Positions 25,629-33,330 of a DNA stretch of 64,000 nt are shown piece after piece. Position numbers and translations under genes: made by a program. The stretch's first letter is position 1; every line of letters begins with the position of its first letter. A model generated the notes under the pieces. The model was not told the origin of the DNA. It ran no database searches and saw only the letters and a list, made by a program, of their open reading frames with translations. This DNA comes from Oscillospiraceae bacterium (GTDB lineage Bacteria; Bacillota; Clostridia; Oscillospirales; CAG-272), in assembly GCA_015065065.1 (NCBI GenBank), contig SVQX01000001.1:30698-94697 (forward strand). The letters run 5' to 3'.

Positions 25629-27167
25629 TCAGCACATTGGTACTTCAATGCCAACTCCATACTCACCATGATATATATTACGTCCTCCTACCAGCTCTTT
25701 AAGATCATCACGGGAGATGCTCCTCTCCGTTGATTCACTCATATCATATAAGGTATAAGTATCGTCATAATATACGATATACATATCGTCAACATCCTCA
25801 TATATCCAAGCTGTTTTGATTATTCCGTAAATTTTTTCTCCCGTTTTTACATACCATCCAAATACATTCAGGCTTATAAGCTCTTTTCCGTCGGGATCTG
25901 TATGCGAAGGAACGGGGATATTATTGGCATATTCCTCGGACCTTTCTGAAATATCTACCGATATATCTGTTACTGCGGCTATTTCCTCGGCGGTATATCG
26001 GACGTCGGAATATGTCACCGTGCCGCCAAACTCAATAGTTACTGTTTCCTCGGTCTGACATCCGTTAATAAAACGCCTGAAAATGATACTATTGTTGAAA
26101 AACGTTTGAGAAAAAACTCCGTTTTCAAATGGCTTTACGTATTCAAGAGCAGCTTTTGCTTCATCTCCCCAAGAATTCAATGTTATAACCCGATTGGTGT
26201 AACTACCAAAGGTATCTTTTATCTTTGCTATTGCCTCATCCTCAGTCATGCCACGCTGTACGATGATGTCATCAAGCCAGTGGTCTCCGGGATTTTCCAA
26301 TATTAATTTTGCAAATTGGTATCCGTATATCCAGCTTTTCGTCTGCCATAGACTCTCGTCAAAGATATCGCCGCTAAAAGCTATTATCTTCCCAAGCTGC
26401 GGCAGATCCTCTGAATCCGCAAATATCGGTAACGAAAATGCTTCCACTTGATTTTTCGTGCCGTTTCTCAGCACGTAATTCTCTGCTCCGATCTGCGCCA
26501 TAGAGATAAGCAAGGAATCGTATACAGACATATCCACGAATAAATATTCAGGAATAAGATAGAGAAAATATTTTGGAATGTTTTCGCCGCTAAGCACCTC
26601 TACGGTTTCCATCAGTATCAATTTGTAAGCCTGGGGCTTGAAGGTAGATGAAACTACCATCTTGTAATATACGTCGGGATAATTTTCTACAACCGTAGCT
26701 TTAACTGCAAACGGATTATTTTCAAACGTACAAGCAGGAGGCTCTGATTCAAACGTCGGGGACATTACAAGCAAATCATCCATATCAAGGCGATTGCCAA
26801 CAATATATTCAAGGCTGTCGCCATGCAACTCTTGCGATTGTATAATAACGTCCGAAATGTTCGGCGTATCATTAACCGTTTCCCCTTCTGTTCCCTCTGT
26901 ATCCGTTACAACGCTCACATTATTCGTAGTTGCGTCTGCGTTATCCGTCGTATCCGTTCCGCCAACGACGGGCGGATTTTTATACAGCATAGGTGCGGCG
27001 ATCACCGCGGCGACTACCACGAAAAAGCACGCCGCAACTGCGCCAAAGCGGATCCATATCGCTCTTTTGCGCCTACCTTTTTCTATCCTCTCGCTTTTTA
27101 TTATAAATTCATCAACGAGGTCGGCGTCAATATAATTCAACCCTTCGTTCCATTTTTCCATTTTCAT
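25629..27167 (-). CDS. anti-sigma-factor-like single-pass membrane protein with large extracytoplasmic domain
   Basis: 512 aa. The short cytoplasmic N-terminus (NYIDADLVDEFI) is followed by a TM helix (FGAVAACFFVVVAAVIAAP) and about 430 aa outside. Its start overlaps the sigma-factor stop as ATGA. The gene is markedly AT-rich. Confidence 0.65.
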   Translation of the reverse strand: MKMEKWNEGLNYIDADLVDEFIIKSERIEKGRRKRAIWIRFGAVAACFFVVVAAVIAAPMLYKNPPVVGGTDTTDNADATTNNVSVVTDTEGTEGETVNDTPNISDVIIQSQELHGDSLEYIVGNRLDMDDLLVMSPTFESEPPACTFENNPFAVKATVVENYPDVYYKMVVSSTFKPQAYKLILMETVEVLSGENIPKYFLYLIPEYLFVDMSVYDSLLISMAQIGAENYVLRNGTKNQVEAFSLPIFADSEDLPQLGKIIAFSGDIFDESLWQTKSWIYGYQFAKLILENPGDHWLDDIIVQRGMTEDEAIAKIKDTFGSYTNRVITLNSWGDEAKAALEYVKPFENGVFSQTFFNNSIIFRRFINGCQTEETVTIEFGGTVTYSDVRYTAEEIAAVTDISVDISERSEEYANNIPVPSHTDPDGKELISLNVFGWYVKTGEKIYGIIKTAWIYEDVDDMYIVYYDDTYTLYDMSESTERSISRDDLKELVGGRNIYHGEYGVGIEVPMC

Positions 27168-27742
27168 ACCGGATAGCCCTCACTTTCCAATTTTTCTCTC
27201 AAGCCGTTGCGTATGAAGGCAAGCTCTTTGTTGACCGTTGAGCGGCTGACTCTCAAGTCGGCAGCAATTCTGTCAACCGTGTTGGATATGTAATATCTGC
27301 TCATGAATATGAACCTTTGTCGCTCGGTGAGCGTGCGCAGGTAGTCACTTATAAGCCGTCCGAGCAAATACGCGTCCATTTCGTTCTCGGGCACGCAAGC
27401 CTCAACCTCGGAGAGGGACACCGTCATTTCGGACGGAACATTCCCCTTTTTCAGCCTGATGTGATAGCGGTTTACCGCTATCCGTCGCATGATTGTAGTT
27501 AAAAACGCGCGAAGAACGCTCGGTTTGGTGGGCGGCATGGCATTCCACGCGCTGAGGTAAGTATCGTTCAGACACTCCTCGCCGTCGGGTGCGTCGTGTA
27601 TTATGTTATACGCGACAGTGAGAAGATATTTTCTGTATTTGACGTCGGTTTCCTCTATTGCCCGCTCGTCGCGTTGCCAATACAGCTCTATTATCTTTTC
27701 GTCGTCTATCGGAGTTCTTACTGTCCTGCCCTGAAGTTCCAT
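27164..27742 (-). CDS. ECF-type sigma-70 family RNA polymerase sigma factor
   Basis: Start trimmed to the ATG after aaggagg. Region 2 is IIELYWQRDERAIEE...YLLTVAYNI and region 4 is LTERQRFIFMSRYYISNTVDRIAADLRVSRSTVNKEL. Confidence 0.85.
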   Translation of the reverse strand: MELQGRTVRTPIDDEKIIELYWQRDERAIEETDVKYRKYLLTVAYNIIHDAPDGEECLNDTYLSAWNAMPPTKPSVLRAFLTTIMRRIAVNRYHIRLKKGNVPSEMTVSLSEVEACVPENEMDAYLLGRLISDYLRTLTERQRFIFMSRYYISNTVDRIAADLRVSRSTVNKELAFIRNGLREKLESEGYPV

Positions 27743-27834
27743 AACTTGCCTCCTTTCCGCAATATTGAAAGGCCCTTCATAATTATAAGTCAAGAAAAAT
27801 GGTAAAAGTGTGTAATTAAATGGGCACTGCTTGT

Positions 27835-27863
27835 ATTATAACACGTATTCTACAAATAGTCAA
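27835..27863 (-). promoter_or_regulatory. sigma-A type promoter upstream of the sigma factor gene
   Basis: On the minus strand: TTGACT (27858..27863), 17 nt, TGtTATAAT (-10 at 27835..27840). Confidence 0.5.
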
Positions 27864-27910
27864 TGAATGTCATTGGCGATTCTGCCAGCGCTCTCACCGC
27901 CCAAGTTAAG

Positions 27911-27948
27911 CAACACAACAGCCCCGCTGATGCGGGGCTGTTGTGTTG
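27911..27948 (-). terminator. 16-bp perfect hairpin abutting the tRNA 3' end
   Basis: caacacaacagccccg / cggggctgttgtgttg with a 6-nt loop. It overlaps the encoded CCA by 2 nt. The tail (cuuaacuu) is not a clear U-tract. Confidence 0.5.
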
Positions 27949-28023
27949 GCCTACCCGAGCGGATTCGAACCGCTGACCTTCAGAGTCGGAGTCTGACGCG
28001 CTATCCAGCTGTGCCACGGGTAG
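27947..28023 (-). tRNA. tRNA-Arg (anticodon CCG)
   Basis: A 77-nt cloverleaf read by hand. Acceptor stem is CUACCCG/CGGGUAG, anticodon stem UCAGA/UCUGA with loop CUCCGAC, and T arm AGCGG-UUCGAAU-CCGCU. CCA is encoded. There is one A-C mismatch in the D stem. Confidence 0.9.
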
Positions 28024-28082
28024 AAATATTAAATTTAACGCGCAAAGCGCATATCACTCTCCGACAGAGGCGAATATAACTC

Positions 28083-28124
28083 AAAAGAAGAACCTCCCCA
28101 TCCGCAAGGGGGCAAATGGGGAGG
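28083..28124 (-). terminator. terminator of the surface-protein gene
   Basis: Stem cctcccca/tggggagg with a 16-nt loop, followed on the minus strand by ttcttctttt. Confidence 0.5.
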
Positions 28125-28209
28125 TAATATGCATCAGATCACTACCATCCTTATGACAGTCGCACGACGACTGCCGTCAAGGGGTGCGATTATCTACATA
28201 TATTTTTAA

Positions 28210-29448
28210 TTAGTGCTTCTTGGAAAGAGCAACGCCTGCAGCGATAGCAGCAAGAACGATTGCAGCAGCACCTGCACCGATTACAGAACCGCATCCGTCA
28301 TCTGCAGCAGCAGTGGTGTCAGCAGCGGTTGTGTCGGGAGCCTTTGTAGTCTCGGGAGCCTTGGTGGTCTCGGGAGCCTCGGTATCGGAGGTCTCGGGAG
28401 CCTCGGTATCGGAGGTCTCGGGAGCTTCGGTATCGGAGGTCTCGGGCTCTACGGGAGTAGAGGTCTCGGGCTCGGAGGACCCGGACTCGGGAGTAGATAC
28501 AGGATCGGTATCGGACTCGGACTCGGGCTCAGAATCGGACTCAGACTCGGGAATAGACTCAACCTCAGCGTTCTCTACGCCGGTGCAGTTGAGGTAACGG
28601 TCGGGAGCCCATTCAAGAGTGGGGTACAGACCGGAATCCTGAGGAGCCCAGTTGCACGCATTGCTCTTGGTGGTACCTGCCATCCAGGTACGGGTTACAG
28701 TACCGTCGTTATTTTCATGGTTGAGGTAGCAAAGGAGAATACCGAGCTTGAAATCGTTGTCTGCATTGAAGGGAGCTATGTAGCCTTCAGCAGTCTTCAG
28801 TTCGAGATCCTGATACATCTGCTCCCAGCTGATTGCAAACTCTGCGCACCAGCCGCCCTCGTAAGAGTCTGCAACACCCTTTACTCCGTCGCCTGCAGCC
28901 GCGGAAAGAACAGCGTCACCGTTAGGTCCGCAGTTCTGACGAGCGAACACCAGAGCATCGCCTTCGTTGTGGCAAGCAAAGGAGTAGAAAACAGATTGTT
29001 TGAAATCGTCATAGCCGGTGTTGTAGGAGTCTTCCATAAAGCCGTTGAAGTCAATAGCGATCTGGAAGCTGTCTGCATTACCGTAAGAACCGCCAACAGC
29101 GTTCTTGTCACCCGTGCACTTTACCCAGTTGCTGTCTGCGATAAAGAATGCAACGTAGAGCCAATCGGAATCAGCTACGAAATATGTATTGATTTCGAAG
29201 TCGGGATTGGACGTTGCAGCATTACCGGACCACGAATACATATTTTCAACGCCGATACGGGTGGGAACATATCCCTCATCAGCCCACTCGGAAATATCAC
29301 CGTCAAGGGTGATCTTGTCAGCAGCCTCTGCGTCCCACTCGATAGCAACTGCACCGTTGTCGCCGACAAGCTCAACAGCATTTGCCATAAGTGCGGTTAC
29401 AGAGAGGATCATAGCAACGCTCATGATTACAGCAATAAGCTTTTTCAT
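28210..29448 (-). CDS. cell-surface protein: signal peptide, CBM9/DOMON-like domain, repetitive acidic linker, C-terminal TM anchor
   Basis: ATG at 29448 lies 7 nt after ggagga. Signal is MKKLIAVIMSVAMILSVTALMANA. ITLDGDISEW-type sugar-binding-domain motifs are present (assignment tentative). It has (APETSDTE)3 and (APETTK)2 repeats and a hydrophobic C-terminus ending KKH. Confidence 0.8.
   Translation of the reverse strand: MKKLIAVIMSVAMILSVTALMANAVELVGDNGAVAIEWDAEAADKITLDGDISEWADEGYVPTRIGVENMYSWSGNAATSNPDFEINTYFVADSDWLYVAFFIADSNWVKCTGDKNAVGGSYGNADSFQIAIDFNGFMEDSYNTGYDDFKQSVFYSFACHNEGDALVFARQNCGPNGDAVLSAAAGDGVKGVADSYEGGWCAEFAISWEQMYQDLELKTAEGYIAPFNADNDFKLGILLCYLNHENNDGTVTRTWMAGTTKSNACNWAPQDSGLYPTLEWAPDRYLNCTGVENAEVESIPESESDSEPESESDTDPVSTPESGSSEPETSTPVEPETSDTEAPETSDTEAPETSDTEAPETTKAPETTKAPDTTAADTTAAADDGCGSVIGAGAAAIVLAAIAAGVALSKKH
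28334..28447 (-). repeat. in-frame tandem repeats (2 x 18 nt, 3 x 24 nt)
   Basis: The 24-nt unit gtctcgggagc(c/t)tcggtatcggag occurs at 28367, 28391 and 28415. 18-nt units occur at 28334 and 28352. Confidence 0.85.
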
Positions 29449-29519
29449 TTGTGTTTCCTCCAAAAATTAATTTTGTTCTTATGTTGTGCTACGCCCCCTT
29501 GAGCATAGCCTACAAGACC

Positions 29520-29548
29520 ATTATATACGATAACCTTGAATAGTTCAA
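29520..29548 (-). promoter_or_regulatory. sigma-A promoter of the surface-protein gene
   Basis: On the minus strand: TTGAAC (29543..29548), 17 nt, TATAAT (29520..29525). Confidence 0.55.
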
Positions 29549-29612
29549 TACGAAAATGTTAACAATTTGCGTACAAAAGCCATCAAACCGTGCTATATTT
29601 TTGTGCAAAGCA

Positions 29613-30347
29613 TTAAATATCGTTAAAAAGGCAGACGTTTTTAACGTATCCCTTGAGTGCGGCGGTCACCTTCCCTGCAGCCATTTCAAGGAATTGAGGA
29701 TAATCCATAGCCGAATTTTCGTCCCCGCCGTCCGATATTGCGCGAAGGATACAGAAGGGCGTGCCGTTGACGTAACAGGTCTGCGCGATAGCGCCTCCCT
29801 CCATTTCACAGACTATGCACTTGGAGTCGGGGAGGTCAAAAAGTCGGTGAATCTCCGTCTTTCTGTCGCTGTCGTCAAGGAACACATCGCCTGTTGCAAC
29901 AATTCCGCGCAAGCACCGAGTACCCGTATCGCTTATGCATTTTTCAATATCCGACAACACCTTTTTGTCAGCCTCGAAGTAAACCTTATTTATTCCCGAC
30001 ACAAGGCCTGCGGGATCTCCGAGCGCCGTTGTATCCATATCGTGCTGTACCGCGTACTCCGAAAGCGCGATATCGCCGATACTCAGCCTATCCGTCAGTG
30101 TTCCGCCAACGCCGCTGTTTATTATGACATCCGGCGCGTATTTCATTATCATAGTCTGAGCGCATATAGCTGCAAACACTTTGCCGATACCGCACTTCGC
30201 GACTACAAGACGGCGTCCGTAAAGCTGACCGCTGACAAAGGTTATCCCGCTGTGTATCTCGGTGCATTTATTTTCCATCTCCGACCACAGTGCTTCCACC
30301 TCTATCTGCATAGCTCCGATGATTCCGATAACTCCCCTACTCCGCAT
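29613..30347 (-). CDS. mtnN: 5'-methylthioadenosine/S-adenosylhomocysteine nucleosidase
   Basis: Start trimmed to MRSRGVIGIIGAMQIEVE (Pfs begins MKIGIIGAMEEEV). The start overlaps the luxS stop by 11 nt. The upstream 53 codons of the tracked ORF are antisense-like extension. Confidence 0.88.
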   Translation of the reverse strand: MRSRGVIGIIGAMQIEVEALWSEMENKCTEIHSGITFVSGQLYGRRLVVAKCGIGKVFAAICAQTMIMKYAPDVIINSGVGGTLTDRLSIGDIALSEYAVQHDMDTTALGDPAGLVSGINKVYFEADKKVLSDIEKCISDTGTRCLRGIVATGDVFLDDSDRKTEIHRLFDLPDSKCIVCEMEGGAIAQTCYVNGTPFCILRAISDGGDENSAMDYPQFLEMAAGKVTAALKGYVKNVCLFNDI

Positions 30348-30813
30348 ATCTAAAGTCCGTCCTTCCGTTTTTGTCAAGCACATCAAGATATTTTTTCGCC
30401 TCGGCAACCGCCGCCGAAACGTCAAGATTTTTATAATTTCCGCACTCGGCACGGCTCGCGCCGAACATCTCGCCCGTGTGGTGAATGATTCTTTGGAGCA
30501 CATCACGCACGACGGTCAGCACCGCATACGGCTCTGCGTTGCGGACGAGCAGGTAAAAGCCCGTCTGACAGCCCATAGGTCCAAAATAGATTATGTCCGA
30601 GCTGAGCGCCGAGCTGCGGACGTAGGTCGCGAACATATGCTCAAAGGAATGCATGGTCAGATTGTCCATATAATCGCTCGCGTTTGGCGTGCGAGTGCGC
30701 ATATCAAAGGTGGTAACGTCGCCGTCGACACGGGATATATATATTCCCGGGGTGAGCAGGTCGTGATTCACCTCAAAGCTTTTTATTCGCTGAACTTTTT
30801 TCTCTTCATTCAT
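30337..30813 (-). CDS. luxS: S-ribosylhomocysteine lyase
   Basis: Contains the HSFEHMFA metal motif, KSFEVNHDLL and GPMGCQTGFY. The start is taken at MNEEKK (30813). An alternative ATG at 30846 overlaps the upstream stop by 1 nt. Confidence 0.88.
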   Translation of the reverse strand: MNEEKKVQRIKSFEVNHDLLTPGIYISRVDGDVTTFDMRTRTPNASDYMDNLTMHSFEHMFATYVRSSALSSDIIYFGPMGCQTGFYLLVRNAEPYAVLTVVRDVLQRIIHHTGEMFGASRAECGNYKNLDVSAAVAEAKKYLDVLDKNGRTDFRYAE

Positions 30814-30845
30814 ATTAATTACCCTTCCAAAACTATTTTTTTGCA

Positions 30846-31538
30846 TCAGACCATGCGGTAGCCGACGCCGCGCACGGTATAAAACATCCTTGTTCCCAAA
30901 GGCTTTTCAATCTTTTCGCGCAGGTGGCAGACATGCACCTCAACAGTATTCGCCCCCTCCGCGGCGTCTATCAGTCGGGCAAGCTCACCGCGCTCAACCA
31001 CACAGCCTCGGCTGTCGTAAAGACGCTTGAAAATGCTCCACTCGCGGGGGCTCAGCTTTATTTTCTCGCCGCCCACGGTAACGCAAAGCGGCTCGTCGGA
31101 CAAGGCAACGTCGGTGGAATATATCCTGCCGCGGGGGTAAATATCCTCGCCCCACGCAGGCAACACGCCCGTTCTTATTCGCTCGTAACGCTCAAGGACC
31201 AGCCTGTCAAGCATACCAAGCTCACGCATAAGCTCGGCAGCGCGTAAAAGCAGCTCGTCCGTCAGAAAAGGTCGGTGCAATACAGCCGCATATTCGCCGT
31301 ATTGATCTGCCACATCCGTATTACGCCGTGTCCAGCCTATCAGAATGCAGCCGTCCGAAATCTCCGCCGAAAGGCTTGGGTAGTCGTCCATATCCACGAG
31401 TAGCATCGACGGTGCATCCCCGCCGCCCGAGTACTCCGAAAGCTGTACTCCAAGACGTTCAAATTCAAGGACGAGCATACGCAATAGCCGAGCGTCCTTA
31501 CACGCCACGCTCACGGTTTTATTATCATTCGTCCTCAT
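30846..31538 (-). CDS. OmpR/PhoB-type winged-helix regulator with degenerate (pseudo-)receiver domain
   Basis: The C-terminus (LSPREWSIFKRLY...VEVHVCHLREKIE...TVRGVGYRMV) is trans_reg_C. The N-terminal domain lacks the acidic DD pair and has RP in place of the conserved KP. Confidence 0.8.
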   Translation of the reverse strand: MRTNDNKTVSVACKDARLLRMLVLEFERLGVQLSEYSGGGDAPSMLLVDMDDYPSLSAEISDGCILIGWTRRNTDVADQYGEYAAVLHRPFLTDELLLRAAELMRELGMLDRLVLERYERIRTGVLPAWGEDIYPRGRIYSTDVALSDEPLCVTVGGEKIKLSPREWSIFKRLYDSRGCVVERGELARLIDAAEGANTVEVHVCHLREKIEKPLGTRMFYTVRGVGYRMV

Positions 31539-31577
31539 TTTTCTCGCCCCTTTTAAACGTATAGTTGTATTTTAAAT

Positions 31578-32606
31578 TTATTGTTTATATTCCCGTATTG
31601 ACAGCTCGCCAATAATGTTCTTGATAGCATTGACATCCTCAGCTCGCATAATGCTCGCACGAGCCGCCGCCGCACCGTCAATTCCCTTGCAGTACCAAGC
31701 AAGATGCTTTTTGGCTTCCGCAACGCCTACCCGCTCGCCCTTTTCGTCTATCATTTCCTCTATCTGTCCGAGGGCGACGGCAAACCGCTGCGCAACGGTG
31801 GGTGGAGTATATTCCCCGCCCTTGCGGTCGGCAAGTATTTCAGAGAATATCCACGGGTTTCCCATAGCCCCGCGGGCGACCATAACGCCGTCGCAGGCGG
31901 TTTCGTTTATCATTCTCGCCGCGTCTGCCGCGCTGAAAATATCACCGTTGCCGAACACGGGAATACTCACCGCCGCCTTTACATCGGCTATTACCGACCA
32001 ATCTGCGCTCGGCTCGTACATCTGCTCCCGCGTGCGGGCGTGGACGCATATCATTGCCGCCCCAGCATCCTCAAGGGCGCGAGCCATCTCGGCTGCGTTG
32101 ATGCTGTCCTTATCCCAACCCGCGCGGATCTTGACAGTCACGGGAAGCCTCACCGCCGCCGTCACAGCACGGACGATATCCGCCGCAAGCGGGATGTTTT
32201 TCATCAAGGCGCTCCCCTCTCCGTTTGAAACTATCTTACGGACGGGACAGCCCATATTTATATCAATAACAGCAGGCGGAACTTCGGACACACAGCCGTT
32301 ATAATCGTTTGACTCCAACATGCGCGCCGCTTCCGCCATAAACTCCGGCTCACTGCCGAAAAGCTGTACCGCCATGGGCTGCTCGTCCCGCTTGACCGAC
32401 GCAAGCCCGCCCGTGACAGACCGCTCGTTTTTGCGACGGTTTTTCTGCTCGTAGCACATAGCCTTTGCCGACACCATCTCGCTGACCGAAAAATCCGCGC
32501 CGCACTGACGGCATATACGCCGAAACGCGCGGTCGCTGACGCCCGCCAAGGGCGCGAGTGCGAGGGCGTGGGGCAGCTCTACGCTTCCTATCTTAATTTT
32601 ACTCAA
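31578..32606 (-). CDS. dusB: tRNA-dihydrouridine synthase
   Basis: 342 aa with a TTG start 5 nt after agaggt. Dus blocks seen: LAPLAGVSDRAFR, DINMGCP, VTVKIRAGW. Confidence 0.9.
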   Translation of the reverse strand: MSKIKIGSVELPHALALAPLAGVSDRAFRRICRQCGADFSVSEMVSAKAMCYEQKNRRKNERSVTGGLASVKRDEQPMAVQLFGSEPEFMAEAARMLESNDYNGCVSEVPPAVIDINMGCPVRKIVSNGEGSALMKNIPLAADIVRAVTAAVRLPVTVKIRAGWDKDSINAAEMARALEDAGAAMICVHARTREQMYEPSADWSVIADVKAAVSIPVFGNGDIFSAADAARMINETACDGVMVARGAMGNPWIFSEILADRKGGEYTPPTVAQRFAVALGQIEEMIDEKGERVGVAEAKKHLAWYCKGIDGAAAARASIMRAEDVNAIKNIIGELSIREYKQ

Positions 32607-32727
32607 TTTTTACCTCTTGTGACGCGCGCGGCACTCGCCGTAGCGCTTTTTTATCTTTGCTTTATCATAACATAAAAGTCGAATAATTACAAGAGGTCGG
32701 GGAGAAATTTTGAAAAAGACACAAAAT

Positions 32728-32907
32728 GGGGCCGTCTCATTAAGACAGCCCCCTCGAAAATGATGGCAAGGAACACATCATTTTCGGAAACTCGAACGTT
32801 TTTGGCGTCTTTTCAAAGAAAATTTTATACTTTTTTATCGCCAAAATGACGAATTTCATTCGTCAAGTTCGATTTTGTGGGCTGGATCACGTTAGTGAGA
32901 CAGCCCG
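32728..32907 (-). repeat. 180-bp structured MITE-like element, copy B
   Basis: Reverse complement of copy A, with 9 substitutions and no indels. It starts 15 nt after the stop of the minus-strand gene 32923..33273, so it has the same orientation relative to its upstream gene as copy A. Confidence 0.85.
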
Positions 32908-32922
32908 ATTTTGCGTATGTAT

Positions 32923-33273
32923 TTAATCAACAACTACGGATTTCTTCTTTCCCTTTTTATTTGTCGGAAATTCTCTGATCCTCAAAATGTAGTCAAGATT
33001 TATCGCTTCAAGCATACCCTTGTTTTCAATGAGAAGCGCACTTGCACCAACCTCCCGGACTATGCCTTGGAGCTGGTTGGAGTTAAAAGTATAAATGATA
33101 CATTCCTTATCAATAAATTTCTTTGCAAGCTCGAGCATTTTGCCATTATCCTCCGATCTGCGTTTTTGCGTTATTTGTCGTGCAGTGACGGTATCGTTCT
33201 CCCGCTGTACATATAATATAATGAACAGCATGACGATTATGGGAATATACGCCGTAAAATTAAAGTAATCCAA
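32923..33273 (-). CDS. small N-terminally anchored protein, unknown function
   Basis: 116 aa with a TTG start 6 nt after ggagg. It has an N-terminal TM helix (YIPIIVMLFIILYV), a soluble domain and a Lys-rich tail. Confidence 0.6.
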   Translation of the reverse strand: MDYFNFTAYIPIIVMLFIILYVQRENDTVTARQITQKRRSEDNGKMLELAKKFIDKECIIYTFNSNQLQGIVREVGASALLIENKGMLEAINLDYILRIREFPTNKKGKKKSVVVD

Positions 33274-33330
33274 TGCACGCCTCCGTATTTCGGCTTATTC
33301 ACGGTAAATTTCTTTGGCGGGAGGAAAAAA

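Noticed and set aside
29613-30506. Full-length tracked ORFs with long N-terminal extensions (29613..30506, 33331..34500, 34370..35431, 5546..6196, 41086..42456, 53665..54702, 51992..53137, 22978..24831)
   Set aside because: The extensions overlap neighbouring genes or promoters, lack an RBS and are not family-like. Internal starts with Shine-Dalgarno sequences match known N-termini, so the features were trimmed.
16979-32907. Composite transposon or genomic island delimited by the two 180-bp elements
   Set aside because: There is no transposase, integrase or recombinase gene between or beside the copies, and no direct target duplications at the outer flanks. The segment contains housekeeping genes (dusB, luxS, mtnN). 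Only the recombination/inversion possibility is retained as a finding.
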